A DNA stretch of 58,774 nt, the filler included, from Bipalium vagum (Eukaryota), in assembly GCA_037834085.1 (NCBI GenBank). It is 2 parts of 2 records of this genome, joined end to end, with 100 filler letters (N's around TTAATTAATTAA, not from the genome) between each part and the next. Parts side by side here need not be neighbours in the genome. Positions count along the whole stretch, not along the records: positions 1 to 29,384 come from JBBMKC010026773.1; positions 29,485 to 58,774 come from JBBMKC010029991.1. One strand, written 5' to 3'. Under the pieces are notes generated by a model that was given only the letters and a program-made list of their open reading frames with translations, was not told the DNA's origin and ran no database searches. The position numbers were made by a program, and so were the translations under genes. Positions 25,690 to 37,880 of this stretch are shown in pieces (position 1 is the first letter of the stretch; the number at the start of each line of letters is the position of its first letter).

Positions 25690-25960
25690 ATTTTTGGCAA
25701 AGTGCCTTTCATTATCATAAGGAATCTTGACATTCACCAGATGAATTTAGAGTTTATCAGTTTCCAATTCCACTTCTGTCATGTCAATATCCAAGCCTAT
25801 TCCTCTTACGAAGTCCCTAGAAGAACTAACACATGGGCGTGTTTAATTGTCAGGTATTGTGGACTTAACGGACATTAGTTGAAGATGTGAATCTGGTTTT
25901 CCTGAGCAGTCTCACAAAGCCTAAAAACCACATTTTGATTCTTAATTAAGCTAAAGGGGT
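25690..25960 (-). mobile_element. REL-endonuclease non-LTR retrotransposon relic (R2/R4/NeSL-like)
   Basis: Minus strand RLCETAQENQIHIFN*CP...KH (CCHC knuckle plus RH motif), then VNVKIPYD (cf. IDV.IP). Confidence 0.55.
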
Positions 25961-25994
25961 GAAACCGAAGGGATAAATTACTATTAGTCTCCTC

Positions 25995-26670
25995 AATAGT
26001 CACCTCAAGTCTTCCTAATTGGTCACAATAAACCTGTCCTGTGATAGTTACGTTACGTGGTAAAAGATCATAATATATTATTCCACGATAATCTCACCAA
26101 ACAGACATAATTCAACGAGGATGAAGGTCTGGTTTGGCAGTGGGTATCGACTTCTGGCCAGGCGTAAGCCATTGCTTTTTTTCTTTTCATGTTGACGTAG
26201 CACACCAACTTCTCATCTCCGGTTACAATTCTTTTTGAAAATTATCGTTATTGAATCTTTGGAGAAGAGAAGAACAAGTCAACAATCTGCGCTTTTTGTT
26301 GTTTTTTCTTAAACAATGAGGAATCCATAACCCTTGCCTATGGACTTTGCCTAATTCATGACGATGAGTGGCAATGGTAGTATGGGGGAGACTTGAAGGT
26401 GATCTCCCAAATGATGCGTTGTACACATAGGATCTCCCTCGATAAGAGATAGAAGAACATTGTTATCCAAATTTGATGAACTTCCTCCTCTTCTTTCGGA
26501 AATATCAAAATTTCGGCCTTTAAATCTTCTTAAACCATCTTTGAAATTTGTCTAGTGACAAATTACATACAGGATAGATTGTTGATATGTTTTAAATGCA
26601 TTTAAACTGGTTGATCCCTCTCTAAATTCATATCAAACAATGCCTGATATGAATTTCTTCAGTATTCATC
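25995..26670 (-). mobile_element. mariner relic, 3' truncated
   Basis: MNTEEIHIRH, GLWIPH, TGDEK, LLPRNVTITGQVYCDQL. Confidence 0.85.
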
Positions 26671-26962
26671 TAAAATTAATTTTATCAAATTATTTAAAAT
26701 GTTGCAAAATTATTAAATTAAACTAATCAGTAAAACAACATGTTACAGAAATTAAATAAATAGTAATTATAATTTTTTTTAATTTATTATTTTATTAGAA
26801 GTTTAAGAGCTCGTTTAACATAGTTTCAATTTGTTTTACTAAAGTAAATACATCAGTTATTTTAGTTTGTAAAAGGGCGCTATATAAATAAAATAGAGGG
26901 TACGTGGTCAGATTTGAAGCAGAAAATACTAAAATCAATAAAATGTTTCAAATCACTATATA

Positions 26963-27537
26963 CAGTTCCCGCCAAAAGTCTATGGCCACCATGTAAAAAA
27001 GCCTATTTTATCTTTTAGTTATTTATTTTTTTATTGATAAATTTTTATTAATGATTTAATAATATTTTGTAGAGAAATCTAAATATGCTAGGTAAGGAAT
27101 TATTGCCAGTAAAACGGGCACAAATCATTGCCCTACATGAAATAGGATTATCAAATCGTGATATTTCTATTCAACTCCAAATTTCGCAATCTACTGTTGG
27201 CTATACCTTGCAGAGGGATGTCTGTCATCACGGTACTACTGACCGCTTTCACTCACTGCAACGATCTGGAAGACCTCCTGTGACAAGCAAACAGACAGAC
27301 AGAGTCATCCGCTTGCTTGTTGTAATCCATCCTACTACTACAGCATCTTATATGCAATCATCCCTCTCGCAAATTCCACATAAATTATTAAAATATAATT
27401 ATAAATGTTCTTGTGAACTTTTTTCTAATGTCGTTAACGTTCTTTACATTTGTTCTTAATAAATATTAATGACTAGAATCATATAAATGCTTTTTTCTAG
27501 AATTTTAAGAGTGGCCAAAGACTTTTGGCGGGGATTG
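26963..27537 (+). mobile_element. Internally deleted Tc1 element with 27-bp TIRs and an HTH-only ORF (27085-27459)
   Basis: TA-flanked CAGTTCCCGCCAAAAGTCTATGGCCAC versus revcomp CAATCCCCGCCAAAAGTCTTTGGCCAC (24/27). The ORF has the paired-like HTH and RSGRP motif but no DDE domain. Confidence 0.92.
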
Positions 27538-28429
27538 TATATATCACTAAAAGTAAAATGCTTTTATCAGTTTTCTGTAAGATCCGCCATTTGATTTCAT
27601 TGAATTTTTTTGTTTTTTTCTTTGTTATTGTTGCTGGGTTGGGTTGTGGAGTTAAGAATGAATTTGGCTTCAGGATTGGGAGTATCTGCAAATACAAAAT
27701 TTGATAAATCGTGCATTTTTTTATTAATTATAATTAAAAAAGAATTTAAAGGAAGACAAATTGATACGGATATGGTAAATTCGTTAGGTGAAGGAACTCA
27801 TTAATAACACAGTCAATAATTTGAGCATAGGATGCAAATTTGAAAGTGAAATGATTAAGGATTATTTAAGCAGTAGTTTTCATAAATTTTGTGAACAACA
27901 AATATTGATGAAATTTATGTTATTGTTAGTGGAACATCATGTATGTCTGTTGATTACTAAACTTGAACCTTTTAAACTTTTAAAAAAATATCGATTGTAA
28001 AACCTTTTAACTTTCAAAACGATAAACGATAAACTTTTAATCGATCAACTGAGCTAACAAATTGTTTTATAAAATATATTTTATATAAATCTAACAACTT
28101 TGTTTTTTAGTACAATTTTATTTTTGAGTTAAAAACCTAGATAAAGAGTTAAGAAAAAATTCAGATCATCCTTCGGTATCTTACTCTCAAGGGCCCTCAG
28201 TTAAAAATTCGGTTCTCCGTCATACTAGACGTGAAGAACACAAAAAATGAAAATACTGGGAAGTAAGAAAAAAGATAACAATTATTTGATCCTAAGGTAT
28301 TGAAATAGCTGTCCAATCCTTAGTATTTATTTAATTTAATTAATAACTTATAGTTCATAATTGAATAATAGTTTTTTTAATTTTTGCTTTGAATTATTAT
28401 TATTTATTTTGGAATCGGTTCACCTGTGA

Positions 28430-28923
28430 AAAAAATGAGACCAAAGATTTATTTTATTTTTATTTAATTTAATAATAAAAGTTTATTTAGATTTGTAGTC
28501 AAATCTAATAAACTTATCAAATAAAATAATTTACTAATTATTGAAGATTTCTCCTTGAAGCTGGTCACCGAGACGAATGGTTTAATAGTCCGTTATTTGT
28601 TCTAGATTAGAGTCTGCTGCTTTCCTCTGGCTATCTGCGTCTTCGGGTTTATTTGCGTCTATTGCGCCCTTCTGATTAATTTTGATTCGAATATTGATTG
28701 TCGGTTTTAGTCATCTTTGCTCTTCCTGACTGAGATATTCTTTAGAACTCTTGTTCTCTTTTATTTTGTATCTTTTTTGTGTCTTTTTTGTGTGTTTTGA
28801 TACTGAAACACTTCAGTATTTATATTATTTTATTTTTCTGTATTTTTAATTATAGTAACCTTATGTTACTATTTTTAGAATTTACCTTTAATTTTTTTGA
28901 CTATAAATTTATTTATAGTAACA
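28430..28923 (-). repeat. LTR-like segment
   Basis: Minus strand begins TGTTACTA, has a TATAAATA box and downstream AATAAA; GC-richer and strand-biased. Left boundary uncertain. Confidence 0.3.
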
Positions 28924-29205
28924 TTGATTAAAATGTTTTCCAAATATTTTATAAATTAATCATCAAAATGATTAATTTTTTAATTAATTAGAATAATAAT
29001 AATTTTTATATTTTATATATTATTTTATTATTTTGTTTAATATAATGTTATATTTTATATTCTATATTGTATTAAACAGACGAGAAGGAAAGTTATTAAA
29101 ATCGAACTCCGGGTTTTAACTTTTACATGAAACAAAAAAGTAAATAAAATTACACAGAATTATATTTTGTTTTTTTTATACATAAAATGAAACAATAAAT
29201 GATTA

Positions 29206-29384
29206 CTAAAGGTTGCGTGAAAAGTTCTGAAAGCAAAAAAGAAAAAACGTAAATTTTTTATTTAAATTCATATTATTATATAACATAGTCTCCTAGCAAT
29301 TCAACATATTTAGTCCAGTTGTTCTCCAACAATTCTATGCCATGTTTGAAGTGAGATTCCGGAAGGTCTGCAAAATACTGGTCT
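29206..29384 (-). mobile_element. mariner 3' end truncated by the assembly gap
   Basis: DQYFADLPESHFKHGIELLENNWTKYVELLGDYV, then TIR-like aaggttgcgtgaaaagttc. Confidence 0.8.
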
Positions 29385-29484
29385 NNNNNNNNNNNNNNNN
29401 NNNNNNNNNNNNNNNNNNNNNNNNNNNNTTAATTAATTAANNNNNNNNNNNNNNNNNNNNNNNNNNNNNNNNNNNNNNNNNNNN
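29385..29484. other. Assembly gap with artificial linker
   Basis: 44 N + TTAATTAATTAA + 44 N = 100 nt; the palindromic linker has stops in all six frames. Confidence 0.97.
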
Positions 29485-29554
29485 TTAACGAAACTTTGAT
29501 ATAACGAAGTAATTTGATCGGTCCCTTGAAATTCGTTATATCGAGACTGAACTG
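29485..29554. mobile_element. pogo/Tigger-like terminal repeat
   Basis: Revcomp reads TA|CAGTTCAGTCTCGATATAACGAA, with an inverted internal copy of GATATAACGAA, resembling pogo-type ends. Confidence 0.6.
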
Positions 29555-30089
29555 TATTATAATTATGATATTATAATCATTATCTTTTCAAAATAGCAGT
29601 TCGATTATACAAAAATTAGCTTTCGTTTTTAACAGGTAATCTTTACCGATTGACTTTTTTAAATTAATATATTCCTTTAAAATAAGTGCTCAAACTTATT
29701 CGAGTATTAATTAAATCTTTTTTGTTATCTTCTTTTCTTCTTTTTTCTGTTTATAGTTTACACAGTTGCTAGTTGGCAAACTACCAAAACAAAATTTGTA
29801 CCTAAAGATATATTGCCTTTGACAGTATTAATTAATTATCAGTTGTAAAAAATTGTATTGTAAACAATTTGTAAATAAATATTTTTTAAAAATTAAGTGC
29901 TCTCTTTGTTCATATTTAAATCGATTCAATTTACATTGTGATAATAATGTTTTATATGTGTACTTTGAGCGTTCACTAGGAAACCCTTATGATCATAGTT
30001 ATTTGGTTGAGTTAACTAAAAGTCCCTAAATCGATTTTCTTAACCAAAACATTTCATTCAAATCTAATTTTTTAGGAACTTAAAAATTG

Positions 30090-30755
30090 ATCTTCTTCGA
30101 CAATAGAAAACGACCAACGGCTTTACAAAAGTGAATCACCAAAATCTGTTTCAAAGCTCTTTTTCCTTTACACAAGCTTTTTATATCGGTTTAGTGAGAT
30201 GCTCGTGATATTATTGATTATTTCTATTTGTCAACTGGTGAAACAGTGAATTCGGATACTTACTGAGATTACTTAGACAAAATTCATGCAAGCTTCAAAA
30301 ATAGTGGTCTGTATTATGTAACCAATAGAGAACTATTCTTTTACAAGATAACATCAGTTTTCATGTCTCACTGAAAACTATTCCGAAACTTTTGAATAGG
30401 AATTTCTTCGTCATCTACCATATTAGGGAATGGCCTCCCTACAGTCCAGACATGAATCCCATGGAAAATGTAAGGAGAGAAATTAGAAACAGGATTTTTC
30501 AAATTCTCAAAAATTATTAGATAACGCACAAATATTGTGGAATACTTGGATGATGCCTATAAACAAAAATTAATACAAAGCATGCCATTCCATATTAGTG
30601 CGTTATCAAGGGACCAATACACGAAATATTGATTTTTTTTGTATGAAATACTTTAGTATTGATGTTCTTTATATGTGAAATATGACACCTAATAAATTAT
30701 ATTATTGGACTTTTACTGTTTATTCAGAGAGTGAGCAGTTCGTTCGACCATACTT
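30090..30755 (+). mobile_element. Tc1 relic
   Basis: QDNISFH and EWPPYSPDMNPMENV. Confidence 0.8.
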
Positions 30756-31331
30756 ATAGCTATTTAGTTATGATTATTGAATTGAAAGAGAATGTAAAGA
30801 TACTTTTTTTATATTTGATAAGTGACAAAATTTAATGAGAAAATCGACTTCAAAATATTGCACCTACTAATTTATTGTTATTTCTACTTGAAAAAGTTTA
30901 TATCTACAAAAAGAATTAAAAAAATTAAATATACCAAAAATGTTAATTACACATTTGACATAAACCAATTTCATCTACCTCAAAGGTGATGTTTTACAGA
31001 AACATGTGATTAAATAACAATTGTCATATAAATGACAATGCACATTATTTCGACAAAATTAAAGTCAATTCAATATAAAGATTATTCCAGTACTAATGAA
31101 ATTAAATTAGAAAAAATTCAAATTCACTTCAAAGATTAATAATTTTCCCAGGCACTTCAGTCGTTTTTACTATCTGGAAAAACACTAAAAGGAAAAAACA
31201 GAGACAGGTCTTCCCTTTGAGAAAATTGATTTTTTCTAAATCAGAAATCATTTTCATTGATTAATTTTTAAAAAATCCATATTTTTACACATTTATTTAA
31301 ATTCATAGGATATAAAATCTCAAAATTGATT

Positions 31332-32504
31332 TCAACAAAAGATGTTTTCCTTATCGCCTTGGACATCTTCCATCTTGATCGCGGACAAATTTGACTTTTT
31401 CTTGCTCAGAATCTTTTTCGGAAAATGTTTGGTAATCGACGTATCGCTGCTCTTTCGTTTCGACTTTGTCAACGTGGTCCTAGAGGCCTCTCCCACAACG
31501 GCGCATGGAGGAACGTTTTGAAAATGACGACGCAAGTGAGCCAAAATGTTCGAGTTGATTACGCTCCGTCCCGGTGTAAAGGAGAACTTGATTTTGGATT
31601 CGCAGCTTTTGCTCTTGAGACAAATATAACACAGGAAGCAGCCGCGATTGGTGGGCTGGAAGTCGTCATCGAGGATCTCATAAATGTTGAAATCGCTATC
31701 TCGAACCAAATGGCAATCGATAAATTTTATTTCAGCAGCCCGAATGATTTCGTCATGAATCAATTCACTACAGAGTCGAGCGTCGGCCAAGTCCAGTACC
31801 GTGGAGCTGCGGTTTCGATTGTCCTTCATCAACATTCCGACTGTAGATTCGTTGAGAGTGTCTGTGTAACCAAAGTGTAGTTCCATGTGACCGAAAATGT
31901 TATCGAGAATGATGTCGTCTTTGTTGTCGTTGTAGGTGAATCTATCGATGTGATCGCACAGATAGCCGTTTTGAGTGATTGAACAGGAAAAGAACCCAAA
32001 TCGGTCGACCTGTTCTTCCATGTCCTTAGGATGGTACAGAGTGAAATCGAGCTCTTTCAGATGATCGGATATTCCAAATTTGTCGAGAATACTCTTACGA
32101 ACCATGTCATGCAAAGCTCTGGGAAGCGCAACGCAACCCAGTTTCGCTAAATGAAGCATACTGTAGTTACAAATCGATTTCGACATAGCACTCTTGGTCA
32201 TTAGTGGTTTTCTGAACTTCCTGCTTATCGTCCGTGACGCAAACATTAGCCGATTCTTAAGGCAAGGAGACATCTTGAATTTTCCGGGATATTCTCTGAA
32301 AACATCAGCATCGATGTATTTATTGACGTTTTCCACAGGCATCAGGCTACACACAGTTCCGATATAGGTCTCCATGTCGCTGATAACTTTTTCATTAATG
32401 TTATCAATGTCATTAATTGTCTTAAATCCACACAACTCCAACCAATCGACCACCAATTCAGACGACGTCAAATCAAGAATGTTGTTCCTCAGATTTTCAT
32501 CCAT
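31332..32504 (-). CDS. Orphan protein (~390 aa): helical N-terminal domain, two tandem atypical C2H2/BED-like modules, basic tail
   Basis: Long GC-richer ORF. Likely start ATG 32504 follows a candidate 38-nt GT-AG intron (32507-32544). Internal repeat at aa 145-229 and 263-346 of the 408-aa track ORF; KSKRK and KKILSKKK are NLS-like. Confidence 0.8.
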   Translation of the reverse strand: MDENLRNNILDLTSSELVVDWLELCGFKTINDIDNINEKVISDMETYIGTVCSLMPVENVNKYIDADVFREYPGKFKMSPCLKNRLMFASRTISRKFRKPLMTKSAMSKSICNYSMLHLAKLGCVALPRALHDMVRKSILDKFGISDHLKELDFTLYHPKDMEEQVDRFGFFSCSITQNGYLCDHIDRFTYNDNKDDIILDNIFGHMELHFGYTDTLNESTVGMLMKDNRNRSSTVLDLADARLCSELIHDEIIRAAEIKFIDCHLVRDSDFNIYEILDDDFQPTNRGCFLCYICLKSKSCESKIKFSFTPGRSVINSNILAHLRRHFQNVPPCAVVGEASRTTLTKSKRKSSDTSITKHFPKKILSKKKSNLSAIKMEDVQGDKENIFC

Positions 32505-32673
32505 TTCTGAAAAGTAAAAACCCATTATTTTGCTAAACAAATACCGATTTGATATCAAAGTGATGGGTAATAATTTTACAGAAATTTAATTCGTTACAAC
32601 TGTTTCCATTGTTGACCAATGTAAATACAAAGTTAAATTTTATATTTTCATTTTAGTTGAATTAATTATAAAC

Positions 32674-32917
32674 ATGAATTGTTCAATATTAATTATGACA
32701 ATTAAAAATAAGATTTTGGAAGACAAATTGGGGCCGAAACTCATGCCAATTATGTATAGAATACTCCTCGGAATCATCTATTCCTCCGTACTTGTTTTGG
32801 GATTTTTTGGCAATCTTTGCACTTGCTTAGTGATAATAACTAATAAATATTTACATACGGCAATCAATGTCTACTTATTCAATCTTGCCGTTAGCGACAT
32901 CGTTTTATTATTGACAG
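32674..32917 (+). CDS. PRXamide (pyrokinin/CAPA/neuromedin U-type) GPCR, coding exon 1 (TM1-TM2)
   Basis: LGPK, GFFGNLCTCLVI, LHTAINVYLFNLAVSD; donor ACAG|gtaaag, phase 1. Confidence 0.9.
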
Positions 32918-35619
32918 GTAAAGAAATATTGTAAAAGGTATTGTAAAAATAATAGCTTGTTATTAATATATCTATGTATCTATAAAAGAAATATGAATAA
33001 TTACTTTAACGATGATATTAAAACATGAATAATTTAAAATTATTAAAAATTTTATTTATATAAACAATTATGATTCTTTGTCTGAGCTTATTAATATGTT
33101 TTATTAATTAATGAAATGAATTGATAAATGATGCAAATTCAAAACAATTTATATTTAATTAAATACCTATATATTTATATATTAAAAACTTTTAACGGAA
33201 AACTAAACACTTTTAATGGTCAATCAATATTGTATGCTTTATTTTTAAATAAATTTTATTAAATAGATATAAAAATGAAAATTAAATTTTAACAGGTGAT
33301 GCTTCACAAATTTTTCTGTCTTTCATTTGTCTTTAAACTTATTTTTTTAATGAATTATTGACTCAGAAAATCTTTAATTACTTAATTCAAAATCAAGATG
33401 ATTAATTTGTATTAAATTAGCCTTTAGCAATAGTATCTCTTCTCATTAGAGTTCAGGTGAATTAAAATTTAAAAATAATAATAAACAAAAATATTAAAAC
33501 TTTAATTTTAATCCTTTAAGTTCCAAATATTTCCTTTTAGAATGAAGTAGATAAGTCTTATTTGGTAAAATATTATAAGGTTCATGAAGCCAATCTTAGC
33601 GGATATGTTTGGGTAACTCTAGGAGATATTAAAATTCAGACAACAATTAAATAAATATTTCTTTGTCTAAAACACAATGAAATATAAAATATTGTTTTCA
33701 AAATCAAGAGAACAAGATTTTTATTCTACTACATTTCTAAAAATAATTAAAATTAATAAAACTTAATATTTTGAAAACTTCTTTTTCATAAAATAAATTT
33801 GGTAGATTTAAATTTTAAATAATTTATGAATAATCATATTAAAATTATATATATCATAATTATATATTTAAGATTAGTAAAATAATTAATTTCATAATAA
33901 TATTTTAAAATTAATTATTTAAATATCTAATTATTTTTTAAAATAATTAGTAGAAAATTATTGAAATATATAATAAAGATGAAAAGTCTACTCTCCTTTA
34001 AATAAAGAAAACATAATTTTAAAAATTACAGATATCTTACTAGAGCAATTTTTACTTTTTACATTTTTATTTACTATTAATGACCTTTTCCAATCTTGTA
34101 CTGTAAGTCAGTTTTGAAGAAATTTGTTTCTTTATTAAATAAAAATTAGAAACTCTATTAATTCTAATCTGAAATCTTGCAAAATTCAAAATAACAAAAA
34201 ATAAATGAATATGAATATTTCCATCCAAATACTTACACTTTAAATTTGTTTAAAGTGACGAAATAAAAAGAAAAAAACTAATATTTTTAATAATTATGTT
34301 AATTTCTCTTGAGGTTTTAAGGTTTATTCAACTTCAAATCTTAAACACAAAATAATTACTAAACAAAAGACTGTGGTTTTTAAAAAAAAGTTTTTTTCCA
34401 GTTACTTTATTAATAAATTAATGATTTCAAATATGTTAAATAAATAATGATTAAAATTGTTTTAATTATATAATAATAACTAATCTAATAATAAAATTTT
34501 AAAATATTTATTAAAATTTTATATTTATTCAAGAATTATATAAAAGATATTTATAATATTATTAAATACATCAGATATTTTGAAAAAATTTTTTAAAATT
34601 AAAAATATAATGAAAAAGAAAATTATCAGCTGTAAAACTAGTTTTCATAAGACAGACTTTTGCAAAATTCCTGAAATTAAATAAAATTTAAAAAATGAAA
34701 TTACTTTTTCAGTTTATTGATTATAGATTCCATAATTAAAAATGTCGTGTTTCGGTATTGGGACTAATATTCCATTAAAATGAATGTTACATAATTAGAA
34801 GTACAGTTTCCAAAAGTCTACTTTTTGTAAGATCTATTTCTGAAGAAAAAGAAAATTGTTGTACAAAATATTTACGTTATATTGAAAAAAAAAATACTAT
34901 ATAGTGAATCATGTCTGAATAAGAAATTCGACTATTTGAGGTTGCAGTTAAGGGAAGAAAAATAGCAAAGGTAAGTAGAAAATATTCATAAATAATTTTC
35001 GTGCTATCTGTATAATCTACTTCGAAATTGACTTAAATTAATAACTTTTAATTAAGTTAAAACAATTTTTCAATTACAAGTTGACTTTAAGTTAATAAAT
35101 AAATAAATAAAAAATGGCAAATTTTAAATAATTATTATATTTTTATCACGAATTATAAGAAAGCACTCATTTATAGATAGTATTAATCAAATTAAATGTT
35201 AGTTGAAAATAAATCGTTACAACCCACGACTAATTTTCAATTTATCTCACATTAAATATTAAATATTAGGTTAACACAAAAGTAATGTGATTTTACTAAT
35301 TCATATTTAATCAATTAATAAATTGTTTAAATATATTAAAACAATTTTTGGCGATTTTATGAAATAAGTTTAATGCCTAGATATTTTTCAAGTAATTTGA
35401 TGAGCATGATTTAAATTTATAGATAGACAACGTGCTGAATGAAATAACATATTGTATGATTCACGAATTTTATCATGATAAAACAGTATCAGAGGTTGCA
35501 AGCTCAATTAACTAAATCTGTCCGGATGCCATGTGTCAGAAAATATCAGACAGCTTCTTGGACAGAAAGTCTAAAATTCTGATTTAGCAGCTGCTCATAG
35601 GTGAGACAGGTCACCAATT

Positions 35620-36621
35620 GTGTGATGCTGAGATTATAGAGGCAATGATTAAAAAAAGTTCATGTCAAGCACTGTTTGAAATGAGTTCACAGTTAAAAAT
35701 CAACGGGGAAACAATTCACAGACCTTTTAAGATGATTAGAGAAATCAAGGTAAGAAAAATGGACGCCTCACCAACTTATCGATGGTCAAAGAAAAAGTCA
35801 GTTACAATATGCAAGACTCCTTGAATCTTATGATAAGTGATGACGAGAAATATCTTATGTCCGTCAATTCCACTCGTAAAAGATATCAGATTTTATGTTT
35901 GGAAGAAAATATTCAATGAGATTTGATGCTCAATGGAGCTACCAAAGGAATTCTGGTTTTTAAAAAATGACTAGAAATACAGTTTCTTTAAAAAAACTGC
36001 GAAAAGGTTATGCCTTAGAGAAGAGTAAAAGATCGCAATGCGAAAGCAGTAAAATCACAAGTGAGAAAGGTGTAATGAAAAATATGGACTAAGTCATGGG
36101 AATCGAAGCAAAGGCAATTGTATGATTTGGAGTACTTTCTCTTTGAATGGCTATACATCACTGCATCGAGCTTATGGTAGAAATTTGAATCCAGAACGGT
36201 AACAAGAACATTTTAACACTGGTCCATTGCCATTTATACGCAATGGACCAAATATTACCAGATGAAGGTCAATTTCAACAAGACAATGCTACTGTTTATT
36301 TCTCTACATAAAAAAGAAGTTCTTGAAGGTTCATGACGTTAATGTCTTTCTATAGCCCAGATATGAACCCATGGAATGCGTTCTGAAACGAGATTATGAG
36401 TTGCCAACTAACAGTGATCAGTTATTCTATAAGTTGGATGAAATATGAAATGACTTACCGAGCAGCACAAAATATCGCTTTATTTCGATTGAATCCACGA
36501 TTGACTGTTAAAACTTTTAATAACATTTCTTTTGATATAAAAGTTATTAGTTTATGTTTATTTCAAAAAAAGTGAAAATATATGTATTTAAACAGGTGTG
36601 TACTTCTCATTGTCCATGATT
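35620..36621 (+). mobile_element. Tc1 relic in GPCR intron
   Basis: FQQDNA and SPDMNP motifs, TIR-like end ...gtccatgattg|ta. Confidence 0.65.
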
Positions 36622-37566
36622 GTATAGTACACACTGATTATTTTTATTATTTGAAAATATTTTTATTTTTCTAAATCATCCTAATGACATTTTTATGGCC
36701 CAAGCGAATTCCAACGGGAAACTTGTCTCATTGTTCGGATTATCAATAAATTCTAAAAGAAAATTAAATCAAAGTTTCCTTTTTATCTTTTTAATTTTTT
36801 CTTGGAAAAACGAACAATTTGTAACTATCCATCTATTCTTTTCGAAAACATTTTAAATATTAAAAGTTATTTTCGAGGAAAGAAAAATTCTGAATATTAG
36901 TCCTATGAACATTCAATAGTACTGACATATTAGAGATAACTATTACTAAAAAATTATAATTTAAGAAATTCCTTTTGATTCTTAGTGAAATATAAAAAAA
37001 TGATTTTTTTACAAAATTTATTTATTATTTCATCCGTGTTAAAATTTTTTTACTTGGCTTTTGTTAAAAATAACGACATTATTTATATAAAATATATCAT
37101 TAAGCAAAATATTGAAATATCTGAAAAAATAAAAAAATTCAGTATTATAATAAATAAATCTCATCAGCGGTTTTCGTGGAATTTTTATTGTAAATTTTTT
37201 ATATTAAGATCCAGAACATTGCCTCACATCAATGAAATGAATTAATGAAATTACAATTAAAATATAATAGGATACATAAATATTAAATCTCGATTTATTT
37301 GTTTTAATACATACAAGTTTTAAAATTTTTTTTTATACAATTTATTGCAATAAACGTTTAATTTACAAAAATAATCTGGAGTTTACTTATCAGGAAAATT
37401 TTACAATTTTGTTGGTTTTATTATATTATATTATCTATATAATATTATATATATAAAAGTAATAATATATAAATTTTGTAAGGATAATTCCATATTTTGT
37501 ATATTGGAAAATTTTGGAAAATAACATCATTATAAATGCCGATCTATTTTAAAAACCGGGAAAATT

Positions 37567-37880
37567 ATGATACTGCAACACGTCAATGAGAGACTACATA
37601 CTGCTCGATTGACTCAAGAAAAGATGCAGATGGTTGGATGGGAGGTCTTACCACATCCTCTATATTCTCTTGACATCGCTTCATCAGATTATTACTTATT
37701 TCGATCTTTTCAAAATTATTTCAAAGGATAAGAGTTTCAAAATAGAAAAGACACCAAAGAAGTCTTATCGTCCTTCTTCGACTCAAAGAAAATAATTTTT
37801 TTTGCAAAGGCATTGAAACACTATCACAGAGATTGTCACAAGTTGTCCAGTCATTAGAGAATACACTGATTGACATTCAA
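37567..37880 (+). mobile_element. mariner 3' relic
   Basis: LQHVNERLHTA...WEVLPHPLYSLDIASSDYYLFRS. Confidence 0.85.

Noticed and set aside
27610-28000. Short ORFs with faint P-element-like flavour
   Set aside because: No diagnostic motif could be confirmed.
29429-29440. Perfect palindrome TTAATTAATTAA
   Set aside because: Centred in a 100-nt N spacer; an artificial six-frame stop linker.
31425-31880. 151-aa plus-strand ORF
   Set aside because: Antisense shadow of the orphan gene; no motifs.
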